Position numbers and translations under genes: made by a program
Assembly: GCA_963555755.3 (NCBI GenBank)
Contig: OY820905.2
Location: 32,001-96,000, forward strand
Source: Nitrospirales bacterium
GTDB lineage: Bacteria; Nitrospirota; Nitrospiria; Nitrospirales; UBA8639
Direction: 5' to 3'
Length of the DNA stretch: 64,000 bases
Part shown: one piece after another, positions 42,123-52,131 of the stretch
Position numbering within the stretch: the first letter of the stretch is position 1
Layout of the letters: every line of letters begins with the position of its first letter
Notes under the pieces: generated by a model
Told to the model about the DNA's origin: nothing
The model's database searches: none
What the model saw: only the letters and a program-made list of their open reading frames with translations

Positions 42123-42443
42123 TCAGTCTTGGTTCTCGGCCGCCGGACTCGGTTCACCGGATGGTTTTGCCGTCGCAGCCAGCGGCTCATCGGCCACCCA
42201 GACCTTGGTGTAGAGCAAACCGACAATCACCAACTGAATCAAATACCAGAGAACGCCCCAGGCGTAGACCTTGGGGACGCCCATGAAAGTGAAGACCGCG
42301 TTGGGATCGGCAGGATCGGGGTTGATCAGCAACACGCCCGGCCCCGGCCCCATGATCATGGCGAAAAGGAAAACGACCGAGAGGATCATTCCCAGCTTCT
42401 TGCGTTTTTGTTTTTCAGCGGCGGACATGATGACAAAGGCCAA
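42123..42443 (-). CDS. Small two-TM protein of the type found upstream of SSS transporters
   Basis: Two hydrophobic helices, ends 11 bp before the symporter. Confidence 0.75.
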   Translation of the reverse strand: MAFVIMSAAEKQKRKKLGMILSVVFLFAMIMGPGPGVLLINPDPADPNAVFTFMGVPKVYAWGVLWYLIQLVIVGLLYTKVWVADEPLAATAKPSGEPSPAAENQD

Positions 42444-42474
42444 ACGGAGCCCATGGAATTCGCCGAGGATGCTC

Positions 42475-42652
42475 GGGAATAGGAATTTTAAAGGGCCTGT
42501 TTGGCTTGACGGAACAGTATCCCAGAAGTCGCCGGTGGGGTCAATCGCCCAATCAGGGGCTCACGATGAGTATCGGTAGCGTTATCCACGATCAGGGGAG
42601 GGAACCGAATCGTGAAGACGAGGAGGCTTACCCCATGGTGATTTCCCCTTCG
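42475..42652 (-). mobile_element. ~178-bp oriIS-bearing mini element, copy 2 (intact)
   Basis: Minus strand ends GGCCCTTTAAAATTCCTATTCCC, like 3031-3053. Confidence 0.8.
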
Positions 42653-42801
42653 GCAACAACCCTATGGCGCGAAATTCAATCTGGTGATTGCTATGTGATT
42701 GCTAGCAAGAAACAGGAAGTTTGCAGAACGGATAAAACACGTATGAATAGTGGATGTTTGAGAAGTATTCAAACATGGAATGTCAGTAAGGGAAACAGAC
42801 T

Positions 42802-43119
42802 TTATTTCAGATTACGCTCCTTTCCGCACTTCCAGCAGGACGTGAAATCTTTTTCGTGGGACTCGCCACAGGAAGAGCATGTCCAAGCAGTAGTTTCAGC
42901 CGGTTGTGCCTCCCGCCAGTGCTCCAGGAATTCTTGGCCTTTTGAAAAATCGTCGTTGTTGACCACCCACAGTTCAGGAAAGACTTCGGCGAAGGGGACT
43001 TCTCCTGCAAGGGACGACCCTTGCTGATTTTTGATGGTGCAGAGAATGCCTTCTTGCTCAAGCACCTCCTTGAGCGATTCGACTTCGACTAACATCGAGG
43101 ATACGAAAAGTTTTTGCAT
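42802..43119 (-). CDS. DUF2007-type zinc-finger protein, copy 2
   Basis: Same protein as copy 1 except the last residues (ERNLK vs DRDSL). Confidence 0.8.
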   Translation of the reverse strand: MQKLFVSSMLVEVESLKEVLEQEGILCTIKNQQGSSLAGEVPFAEVFPELWVVNNDDFSKGQEFLEHWREAQPAETTAWTCSSCGESHEKDFTSCWKCGKERNLK

Positions 43120-44589
43120 GGTGTAATGCCTTCCTCTTTGAGGAGGAATCATCCTAGAAACGGCAGTTGGGCGCAAAACGGCCGTGTAAGATATTGGTGT
43201 GCATGGTGCAATACAAAAAGTCGTGGTCACCTTAGGGTTCGCGCAAGAATACCTTCCCCGGTTTGGGCGTCGATCCATCCCGCCTGGCGGCGTTGCTCGT
43301 CCTTTCCATACGAGGAGTATGCGCAGTCCTCGCGCCTTGCCAGACAGGTGTCTCAGCACCCAAACCGGGGAAGGTATTCTTGCGCGAACCCTCCGTGGTG
43401 ATGAGACATTTTTGTATTGTGCGAGGAGCCTGTCCGAGATTAGCGATCGTGACGAGGGGGGGCTGGTTTGAGTCAGATGTTTCGATCGTTTGAGGCGAAT
43501 AGTGGTGACTATTTAACGAAAAGGATCGAAAGATCTGGCCAAATCCAGCGCACCCGCAGTAGATCGGTCTAATCTTGGACAGGCTCCTTGGTGCGCTCAG
43601 GGTCCGTCACGAAATAACCGGGACAATTGGGAGGCCCAGATTTGTGATTGGGGCAAGGCGCGACGAGGGAGCCTAGCGGGGCTCTGTGACCGAGGAGCAA
43701 CGCTGCCCCGGGCCAAAGATGGGCCTCCCCGGAGGGCCGGACGCTTTTGGGCTCCGCCAGCGTCGCTCATCGCTTCCATACTCCCGGTATGCGCGCTCTT
43801 CGCTCCTTGGCTCGCTCCAAAATCGTCTCGGCCAATTGTCCCGGTTATTTCGTGACGGACCCTAAGGACCTGTGAGAAAATAACTTGATCAATATCGCGC
43901 CAAGATTTGGGTCTGATTTGGACGGAACGATTGAGAAACACTCGAGGCATAGCACAGCTATGGTGAGGGTTTTTCGATTGAGGCCCGTTCAAAGATGGCC
44001 CGAAGATTGGATGCGAGATTGTTCAAGTTATTTTCTCGCAGGTCCTAAGCGCTTGCACGGACTTTTGTGATCCAACTGCCGTTTCTAGGATCATACGTGA
44101 GGGAAGGCTTAAATGAAATAGGTGGAGGGTATGAGTCCTCGTACTTTGCCCTTCGACCTTTCGACAAGCTCAGGGCTCAGGGCGAACGGGGGAGGTCAAT
44201 CGATTGATGACACGCTACATGAGGAGAGAATCATACGCGAATCGGGTCGGTTTTTTTAAAGGGGGTGGAAAGGGAAAGACGGATCATGCAGAATGTAGGG
44301 TTCTGGCAGCACAATACGATCAGGTGCACATAAAGTTATGGCACTCCTCGTGGGGTATGTCGCCTCTCCTTTTGAGCGAATGGCGTCGTCTTGTATTTTT
44401 AGGTCGCTGCAGCATCTCATGCTGCCTCTTCCTGGCGTCATAGCCCCTTGGTCCGTGGGAAGAGGGCACGATACGATCGTGCAGCGACACAAGCAAGAAA
44501 GCTCACAGGAAGCAACGCCATGGCCAAGAAACTCCATGTGGCCAGAATTGGATGGCGGCAGGATAGAACCATATATTCTGTATGATCCG
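42818..44589 (+). repeat. ~1.77-kb direct repeat, copy 2, including the nested MITE stack at 43154-44088
   Basis: Near-identical to 36605-38374 with scattered SNPs. Confidence 0.95.
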
Positions 44590-44656
44590 GAAAGACAGTA
44601 GGCTGAACAGGCCAGACAATATATTGATGGCTTCGAGCGGTTGTCCGAGGCTTTTC

Positions 44657-45016
44657 TCAGGCCATGGACTCTTCGGGTTCGTTGGGTTGTTCGTTTTCGC
44701 TTTCCGGATCAATGCCGGTGCGATACATGATTTCAAGTCGGCGGGTTTCTTCATTGCGACGAACGCGTTCATCCACACAGAGATTCACAATGGCATTCCA
44801 GAACGCGGCTTCGGCCATGCAGCTTTGTTCGAGACGCTGATCCCGAAAATTTCCCGCGAAACAGGTGTAATCCTTCAGCTCACCGTCGGTAAAGTCCCGG
44901 ATGTATTGTGAAAGATCGGTCGTTGTCTGACTCATGCGATCGGGCTTCTCCTTGTGAACATTGTCCGTCGTGAGGGCTATATCGGACGAATCCCTATTGG
45001 ATCTTAACCCCCTCAT
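44657..45016 (-). CDS. Hypothetical protein
   Basis: ORF only; start uncertain. Confidence 0.4.
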   Translation of the reverse strand: MRGLRSNRDSSDIALTTDNVHKEKPDRMSQTTTDLSQYIRDFTDGELKDYTCFAGNFRDQRLEQSCMAEAAFWNAIVNLCVDERVRRNEETRRLEIMYRTGIDPESENEQPNEPEESMA

Positions 45017-45060
45017 AAGGGGTATAAATCTGATGCAGAAGGAGAAGTTCGGCGAGGCAA

Positions 45061-45552
45061 TTAGTTGGTGAGATGGATAAATTCGTGCGAAATGTGAGGG
45101 CCTTCGATCTTCACCCGTGCGACCGTAATGGGTAAGGTAAATCGTCGTGGTCCCGCACTGCCTGGATTCAGAAAAAGTATGCCATTATGTTCAGTTGCTG
45201 TCGGTTTGTGGGAGTGCCCAGAAATGATGAACGTGAAGGGTGAATGAATCGGATCCAGGTCCAATTGTGTCACGTCATGAATCACGAGGATCTGATGGCT
45301 TCCGATGGTGGTAGATTGTGTGTGTGGTATCGAGGCTGCCCATGGGCCTAAGTCATTATTGCCCTTCACGGCGATGACCGGTGCCAGAGCCTCAAGTGCG
45401 GTTAAGACTTCCGGCTTGCCAATATCGCCTGCGTGAATGATGAGATGGGAACCTTGTAAGGCGGTCAGCGCCTCGGGACGCAGCAGGCCATGCGTATCGG
45501 AAATGATCCCAACCGTGGTCATTGAGTTCGGTTGTTGGTCATGGGGACTCAT
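45061..45552 (-). CDS. Metallophosphoesterase, YfcE-like
   Basis: IISDTHG, IHAGDIG, VKGNND, SGHSHKP, LNPGSAG. Confidence 0.92.
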   Translation of the reverse strand: MSPHDQQPNSMTTVGIISDTHGLLRPEALTALQGSHLIIHAGDIGKPEVLTALEALAPVIAVKGNNDLGPWAASIPHTQSTTIGSHQILVIHDVTQLDLDPIHSPFTFIISGHSHKPTATEHNGILFLNPGSAGPRRFTLPITVARVKIEGPHISHEFIHLTN

Positions 45553-45570
45553 GGAAATTGGCTAAAAACT

Positions 45571-45870
45571 TCACGAATAAAAAATCAGCGCGAGCCCGGT
45601 GAGGGCGAAGCAAAGCGCCAGAATGCTGATGATGAGTGTTCGTCGAAGAATCAGGTGGAGAGTCACGACCTGTTTGGTGAGGTTGTCGATCAGTTCAAGT
45701 TGTTGCGCAATTTTGCGGTCGAATTCTGTAAATCGTTCTTCCAGCGTTTTTTCTCGGGATTGAACGCCTTCCTGTTGTTGTTTGAGATTGGAAATGGTCG
45801 AGATGATATCTGGGATGCTGGGTGCGACCAGTTTGAATAGGAATTTGGCAATGGGCCAGGCAATAGGCAT
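45571..45870 (-). CDS. Hypothetical coiled-coil protein with a C-terminal TM anchor
   Basis: Co-oriented ORF with a hydrophobic C-terminus. Confidence 0.65.
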   Translation of the reverse strand: MPIAWPIAKFLFKLVAPSIPDIISTISNLKQQQEGVQSREKTLEERFTEFDRKIAQQLELIDNLTKQVVTLHLILRRTLIISILALCFALTGLALIFYS

Positions 45871-45920
45871 GCCCGATCTTAGCGTGACCAGCAGGAAAAG
45901 AGAAGAGCCTTCTTTCTACC

Positions 45921-46243
45921 CTAGAAACGGCAGCTGGATCACAAAAGTCCCCGCAAGCTCTTGGGGTCCGTCACGAAATAACCGGGACAATTGGGAAGCC
46001 CATCTTTGGCCCGGGGCAGCGTTGCTCCTCGGTCACATAGCCCCGCTAGGCTCCCTCGTCGCGCCTTGCCCCGATCACAAATCTGGGCCTCCCAATTGTC
46101 CCGGTTATTTCGTGACGGACCCTTAGCGCACCTGGCACAATAAAAAACTGTCTCATCACCACCGAGGTGACCACGACTTTTTGTATCGCACCATGCACAC
46201 CAATATCTTACACGGCTGTTTTGCGCCCAATTGCCGTTTCTAG
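45921..46243. mobile_element. MITE A (inverted) carrying only a short MITE D (45964-46122)
   Basis: CTAGAAACGGCA ends; B, C and E sites are empty. Confidence 0.9.
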
Positions 46244-47520
46244 GTTATGAGGTTTGGCCAATTTTTCCTGACAAAATCACGTTCCTCAGAATCGGTGTTG
46301 ACTTCTCCGTTCAGGCGAGCGTCCAATAGTTTTTCAAGAATGTTTCGAAATTGCGGGCCGGGTTTAAAGCCCATGGCTTTGAGATCCGTTCCATTGAGGA
46401 GAGGGTGAATGCGTTGGTATGTGGTGAGAAATGCGGATATCTGCCGTTTGACAGATTCTGATTGGGATTTAGCCATCAAAAATATGAGCGCTTCATCCGG
46501 AAGGTCACAGAGCATGCGGTAAATCTGAGCAGGTTTTGGGGCTGGACGCTTGCCGAGTTGGCGAAGCAGCAGGGTAGAGCCGCGGCCTACCCATTGCAAT
46601 TTCTTGGCCTGGTGTCGGGGAAATGGTAACCGACGGAGCGTGTCACGGACAGCCTGTGTCGGTAACACATTCATCAGCGCCATCCAGTACACGACCCAGG
46701 AATCCATGGGTTGATCGAGATTCAACAGGGTATACCTTTCCAAGGACCTTGAAACGGCTTTGAGAACGTGAGTCAATTCAGACGACCCTTTTAATTGTGG
46801 ATGGATGAACTTTAAGAGATCGAACTTTGCCATTCGAGCCAGCAATTGCCGCGGTTCTTTTTCAGAGAGAAGGGCCACAAATTCTTTGAACAGCCGTGTT
46901 TTGGAGAGGCGATGAATGAGTCCATTTTTCACAACATTGTTGAGTAAAGAGGTCGTTTCCTTTTCCAGGCGAAAACCTAAGCGCTGTTCGAACCGTATGG
47001 CCCGAAACACTCGAGTGGGATCTTCGACAAAACTTCTGTTATGGAGCACTCGAATAGTTTTGGTGTTGAGATCCTGTTGCCCGCCGTAAAGATCGACTAA
47101 TTCCCCAAAGTGTCTGGTGGTGAGCCGAATGGCTAACGTATTGATTGTAAAGTCGCGTCGAGACAAATCCTCATTCACGGAACTTGGTTCAATTGTAGGG
47201 AGAGCGGTGGGATATTTGTAAGACTCTGTCCGGGCCGTGGCAATATCGAGCTTCAATCCATCGGCACATGTAACTGTGGCCGTCCCGAAGCGTTCATGAA
47301 CCTTCACGCGGGCGTGATGCCTACGAGCGAATGCTCGTGCAAAGGCGATCCCATTGCCTTCCACCACGATGTCCAGGTCGAGGTTTGGTATTCCGAGGAG
47401 CAAATCTCGAACGAAACCACCCACAGCATACGTGCCAACGTGCCGGCGTTTCGCAAGGTCCCCGACGTTCTGTAAAAGAGAGACCATGTCGGAAGGAAGG
47501 TGAGTCGTGATAAGATCCAT
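46240..47520 (-). CDS. cca: tRNA nucleotidyltransferase (class II CCA/A-adding family)
   Basis: VGGFVRDLLLG, DLDIVVEG, DLSRRDFTINTLA, SFVEDPTRVFRAIRF. Confidence 0.88.
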   Translation of the reverse strand: MDLITTHLPSDMVSLLQNVGDLAKRRHVGTYAVGGFVRDLLLGIPNLDLDIVVEGNGIAFARAFARRHHARVKVHERFGTATVTCADGLKLDIATARTESYKYPTALPTIEPSSVNEDLSRRDFTINTLAIRLTTRHFGELVDLYGGQQDLNTKTIRVLHNRSFVEDPTRVFRAIRFEQRLGFRLEKETTSLLNNVVKNGLIHRLSKTRLFKEFVALLSEKEPRQLLARMAKFDLLKFIHPQLKGSSELTHVLKAVSRSLERYTLLNLDQPMDSWVVYWMALMNVLPTQAVRDTLRRLPFPRHQAKKLQWVGRGSTLLLRQLGKRPAPKPAQIYRMLCDLPDEALIFLMAKSQSESVKRQISAFLTTYQRIHPLLNGTDLKAMGFKPGPQFRNILEKLLDARLNGEVNTDSEERDFVRKNWPNLIT

Positions 47521-47635
47521 TGAGCAATTCTAACAGGATGGGCAAAACTTGTCCTGACCCTTTTATGTGACTCAGGATGAGACCTCGCCAAAGGAAGGCG
47601 AACAACAAGCGACTAGCAACGGTCCCTAAGGTCCC

Positions 47636-49144
47636 ATGGTGAATTTTTCTACCTCTAAACTTTCTCTCTTGTGTGGAATGGTGTTGATTGCTCTGGGAGG
47701 GTTTGTGTTGTTTGCGTGGACGACAAACAACATTGCGTTAATTCAAATTCGCCCAACCCTCGTTCCAATGTCAATCAATGCGGCTCTGGGGTTTGTCTTC
47801 AGTGGGCTCGGCCTGATTTTGTTAAATGCACTCAGGGCACGAGAAGCGAAGGTTGTGGGTGTGCTGACGCTCATACTCAGTGGATTGGCCTTGGCGACGT
47901 TCATTGTGCCGTGGGAATTGTTCGGTGGCTCTATCTTCATGGCACCCAATACGACATTGTGTTTTTTGCTCGTGGGAATCGCCTTTCTTGCCGTAACCAA
48001 TAGCCGACTCTCTTCCAACGGTACGTTGATTTCTGGTGTATTGGGAGCCTTCATTTTTGCTTTTGGCTCCGTTGCATTATTTGCTCACTTGATTGATCTG
48101 AGTCCGACTCAAGGGTGGGGGCGGATTATCAGGATGGCAGTGCATGAACCCGGAGGATTTGGAATATTGGCCATAGGATTGATCGCTTTTTCCTGGCAAA
48201 ACGATAAACAGAAAGTGATCGGTTCTCCACAATGGCTGCCCGTTCTGGTGGGTGTTGGGGTGATGACAATCTCGCTGGGGTTGTGGATACATTTGGATGT
48301 CCAAAAACAATCATTTATTGCAACCGCGGTCCTCATGTTTGGATTCTTGATGGCATCGCTCCTGTCGGTCGCTGTCTATTTTATGCAAAGAGAGCATCGG
48401 TTGCTTGTGCAACTCCATCTTTCCCATCAAGGCTTGGAAAAAGAAATTAATGAGCGTAACCAGGTAGAAGACCATTTACGAATTTCTCGTGGAGAATTGC
48501 GCGGCTTGAGTCATCGCCTGCAGTCCATCCGGGAAGAGGAGAAAACCAAAATCGCTCGAGAGGTCCATGATGAGTTAGGCCAAGTCTTAACCGCATTGAA
48601 AATGGATCTGTCGTGTTTGGAAGACGAGAGTTCTCGCGATTCGAAAACCTTTCGTGAAAAAATTCTATCGATGGGTGACCTTATTGATCAAACCGTTCAC
48701 ACGGTCCAAAGGATCTGCTTGGAATTACGCCCCAAGATTTTGGATATATTTGGGCTGGCTGAGGCTATCGAGTGGCAAACCAAGGAATTTCAGCAGCGTA
48801 CGGGAATCCCCTGTGACTTAGTCATGGAGAATGGAACGGTGGAGTTAGATTCGGAACGGGCCATCACCTGCTTTCGGGTGTTGCAAGAAGCCTTAACCAA
48901 TGTGGCTCGACATGCCAAAGCCACTCATGTGCACGTTCGCATTGTCAAAAACAATGGTTTTGTGTTGCTGGAAGTGAATGATAACGGCCAAGGTATCGAG
49001 GACCATAAAATTTTCAATTCCCATTCCTTAGGATTAATCGGGATCCGTGAACGGGTTCTGGCCTTAGGTGGGGAAGTCAGCATCAAAGGGATAGCCGGTG
49101 AAGGGACACGGGTTTCTATTACAATTCCATATCCGCTATCCTAA
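47636..49144 (+). CDS. Multi-TM sensor histidine kinase (HisKA_3, NarX/UhpB-like)
   Basis: IAREVHDELGQVLT, FRVLQEALTNVARHA, DNGQG, GLIGIRER. Confidence 0.93.
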   Translation: MVNFSTSKLSLLCGMVLIALGGFVLFAWTTNNIALIQIRPTLVPMSINAALGFVFSGLGLILLNALRAREAKVVGVLTLILSGLALATFIVPWELFGGSIFMAPNTTLCFLLVGIAFLAVTNSRLSSNGTLISGVLGAFIFAFGSVALFAHLIDLSPTQGWGRIIRMAVHEPGGFGILAIGLIAFSWQNDKQKVIGSPQWLPVLVGVGVMTISLGLWIHLDVQKQSFIATAVLMFGFLMASLLSVAVYFMQREHRLLVQLHLSHQGLEKEINERNQVEDHLRISRGELRGLSHRLQSIREEEKTKIAREVHDELGQVLTALKMDLSCLEDESSRDSKTFREKILSMGDLIDQTVHTVQRICLELRPKILDIFGLAEAIEWQTKEFQQRTGIPCDLVMENGTVELDSERAITCFRVLQEALTNVARHAKATHVHVRIVKNNGFVLLEVNDNGQGIEDHKIFNSHSLGLIGIRERVLALGGEVSIKGIAGEGTRVSITIPYPLS

Positions 49145-49197
49145 AAAGAAGAGCCAACAATTATATTGGGCCAGGATGATAATAGGGAGGAGTCACA

Positions 49198-49692
49198 ATG
49201 TTACAAGGTCCATCTTTTCCTCATCGACCGTTCAGCCTATGTTGCCTCTCCTTTATGCTGTTCTTGGGGGGATGGGGTGGAGGATTGACGCACCCGTATC
49301 TGGTTCAAGCCGCTGAACAGCAATCGTTGTATGAGCGTCTTGGTGGGTATGATACGATTTCCGAAATCATTGATGAGTTTTTGAAAAAGATGTTTGCCGA
49401 CCCTCAGGTGGGGCGGTATTTCGTTGGAATGGGTACTGACACGAGGAGGCAATTAAGCCAAAAGAATAAGCTGTTGATGTGCAAGAATACTGGCGGACCG
49501 TGTAAAATTATCAACCGGGATATGAAACTGGCGCATGGTGGTTTAGGCATCACCGACAGTGATTGGCACGTCGCGGTCACACATTTGGCCACTACATTCA
49601 AAACCGTCAATGTGGGGGAACAGGAGCAAAAGGAGCTGCTTCAGCTGATAACCAGCCTGAAGGAATATATTGTGGAACACCCTGGGCCGTAA
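49198..49692 (+). CDS. Group 1 truncated hemoglobin with signal-like N-terminus
   Basis: SLYERLGG, TGGPC, RDMKLAHGGLGIT. Confidence 0.88.
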   Translation: MLQGPSFPHRPFSLCCLSFMLFLGGWGGGLTHPYLVQAAEQQSLYERLGGYDTISEIIDEFLKKMFADPQVGRYFVGMGTDTRRQLSQKNKLLMCKNTGGPCKIINRDMKLAHGGLGITDSDWHVAVTHLATTFKTVNVGEQEQKELLQLITSLKEYIVEHPGP

Positions 49693-49768
49693 GTGTTCTT
49701 TTTGGTATACCGGAAATCCTTTCCAACGTGACTGGCATTGGGAAAATCAGATAACAGGTGTCTATTTA

Positions 49769-49925
49769 GGGCTCGCGCAAAAATAACTTCCCCTGTTTTG
49801 GCGTCGATCCATCCTGTCTGGCGGAGTTGCTCGTCCTTTCCATACGAGGAATATGCGCAGTTCTCGCGCCTTGCCAGACAGGCGTCTCAGCACCCAAATA
49901 GGGGAAGTTATTCTTGCGCGAACCC
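49769..49925. mobile_element. MITE family B
   Basis: Homolog of 16899-17054. Confidence 0.9.
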
Positions 49926-49946
49926 TAAGGTATCCGACGAGGGATC

Positions 49947-50597
49947 ATGAGCGAAATCATCGGTAACATACGAGTCTTGATCGCGGATGACCATGCAGTC
50001 GTTCGTCAAGGTCTCAAACACATCCTCTCCAAAACCGATGATCTCCTGGTGGTCGATGAGGCAGAAACTGGCCTGGAAGTCCTTGAGAAAATCCGAACTG
50101 TGGATGTTGATGTCCTGGTAATGGATGTGGAAATGCCCCAGAAAAACGGGTGGGAGGTGTTGTCTGAATTAAAAATCCACTACCCCCAATTGCCCGTCAT
50201 TATTTTAAGCATTTACTCCGAAGATCAATTTGGGCTCCGTTTTTTAAAGGCTGGGGCCTCAGGATATTTAACAAAGACCAGTGCACCAGACCAATTAGTC
50301 AAAGCGATACGCCGGGCGGCCCAGGGTGGAAAATTTATCAGCCCGAGTCTGGCGGAACGCTTGGTGCTGGATTTGGGAAAAGACTCAGAGGGTCCCCTGC
50401 ATGATTCCCTTTCAGATCGAGAGTTTCAGGTGTTTCATATGATCGCCGTGGGCAAACCCTTAAAAGAGATTGCCGATGAATTGTCGATCAGCACCACGAC
50501 CGTCAGTACACATCGCGCCCGCATCCTGGTGAAGATGAACATGAAAACGAACGCCGACTTAATCCTCTATGCCAGCCACAATGGGTTGCTGAGTTAA
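49947..50597 (+). CDS. NarL/FixJ-family response regulator
   Basis: IADDHAVVRQG receiver domain, LSDREFQV LuxR-type HTH. Confidence 0.95.
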   Translation: MSEIIGNIRVLIADDHAVVRQGLKHILSKTDDLLVVDEAETGLEVLEKIRTVDVDVLVMDVEMPQKNGWEVLSELKIHYPQLPVIILSIYSEDQFGLRFLKAGASGYLTKTSAPDQLVKAIRRAAQGGKFISPSLAERLVLDLGKDSEGPLHDSLSDREFQVFHMIAVGKPLKEIADELSISTTTVSTHRARILVKMNMKTNADLILYASHNGLLS

Positions 50598-50827
50598 AGA
50601 AATCCAGAAAACACACCCTGGCTTCCTCAAGTCAAATTCCTAACGCCATCCCTTCCTTCCCCCCATTTACGTTGTCGTAATAATTCGACAAGAAAAATCG
50701 ATTAACGACGACCTGAATATTCATAATTATGACGATGTGGCCGCCTATATTTTTCTTCTATAGTACGCGCCAAATTAACGGAATTATAAGAAGGTTGAAT
50801 AGTCAATTTCATTCAAAGGAGGACGTT

Positions 50828-51331
50828 ATGATGACGCACTGGAAGTCGATTGTTCTTATAGTTGGAGTCTTAGGAGCCTGGGCCTGCACGGGGGTAACAT
50901 CTCCCGTAGCCGTGGCTGATACTTCTCTGGAGGAAATGCAGGACCAATATGGCCCGGTGTTGAAATTAGAAGGGAAGGCACGCAAGGAGATTAATGCCAT
51001 TGCGAACATTATTGGACCGGGTTCAAAGATGGTTCCTATCGATGCCACAAAGGCAAGTGGGGAAATGTGTATGTTGGAAACGGTGACCAAACACAATATG
51101 ATTCACTTTTCCCAGACTCCCGAACAAACCCATGAGGATGTTGTCTATTTCATCAATCCTGCCACCTTTGTTGCCAATGGCCTGGACGTCGCAAAACTAC
51201 CCCGCCATCCCCATGAACTGGGAAAAATGAAGCCGCTGCAATGGTACTACTATGATGGGACGTATGTGGAACCGCATCAAGGATCACAACTGAACAAGGA
51301 ATTTGTGATTATGAGCATTGATGTAAAATAA
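50828..51331 (+). CDS. Putative lipoprotein or exported protein
   Basis: AGGAGG before the ATG at 50828; signal peptide with AWAC. Confidence 0.7.
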   Translation: MMTHWKSIVLIVGVLGAWACTGVTSPVAVADTSLEEMQDQYGPVLKLEGKARKEINAIANIIGPGSKMVPIDATKASGEMCMLETVTKHNMIHFSQTPEQTHEDVVYFINPATFVANGLDVAKLPRHPHELGKMKPLQWYYYDGTYVEPHQGSQLNKEFVIMSIDVK

Positions 51332-51413
51332 CCAAGATTAAATATTGAAGAGCTGCGCGCGTCATGCTCTCCCTGGTCTAGGGCAAAGTGGTTTGGTATT
51401 GGGGGTTGAGGCC

Positions 51414-51821
51414 GTGAAAAATCGAATCATACTATCGTGTCTCTCTTTCTTGTTAGGACTGATTGTTTTCGTTTCTGAAGCGGCCACTGCTCCACCTCTC
51501 ATGCTCGAACCTGAGGAGAGCCTGCGTATTGATGAAATTTATGATCTTGAATCACAACTCTTTTTATCCCTCTATTCGTTAAAAGGTAACGGGGAAATGG
51601 ATTATGTGACTGGCCGAACAGTGGTCAAACACGTGCGCAGTACATACGGCAATCCAGTGTATTACTACCGCGCGCACCCGCTATTCTATTGGTGGAATCA
51701 CACAATGTGGACCGATCCAGCCCTGGATGGGGTGAATGGCAATGAACGGGTTTATCAAGAAGACGTGGATTTTGATGTCAGCCGATATAAACCGTGTGTG
51801 TTTAACGGCCAAAAGTGTTAG
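51414..51821 (+). CDS. Exported hypothetical protein
   Basis: GAGG plus GTG at 51414; signal peptide ending SEA; Tyr/Trp-rich. Confidence 0.7.
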   Translation: MKNRIILSCLSFLLGLIVFVSEAATAPPLMLEPEESLRIDEIYDLESQLFLSLYSLKGNGEMDYVTGRTVVKHVRSTYGNPVYYYRAHPLFYWWNHTMWTDPALDGVNGNERVYQEDVDFDVSRYKPCVFNGQKC

Positions 51822-52131
51822 AGAATTGGCCAAACACGAAGGAGTGATTTGATGATGAAACGGCAATGTGTTGTAGGAGTGCTCATATTTGCGTTATTTA
51901 TGATGCTGAGTCCGTTCTCGGGCATTTCGCAGAGTTTTGCTGAGAATGGAGAAAATGGAAGTTTGGAAAGACAGAAGACGCTCTATGAACGTCTCGGTGG
52001 CTACGATGCCATTTCCGCAGTGGTGGATGAATTTCTTCAGAGAGTCTGGGATGACCCAACAGTCGGTCGATTTTTTGTTGGAATGGGTACCGATACTCGG
52101 AATCAATTACGGCAAAAAAATAAAAATCTCT

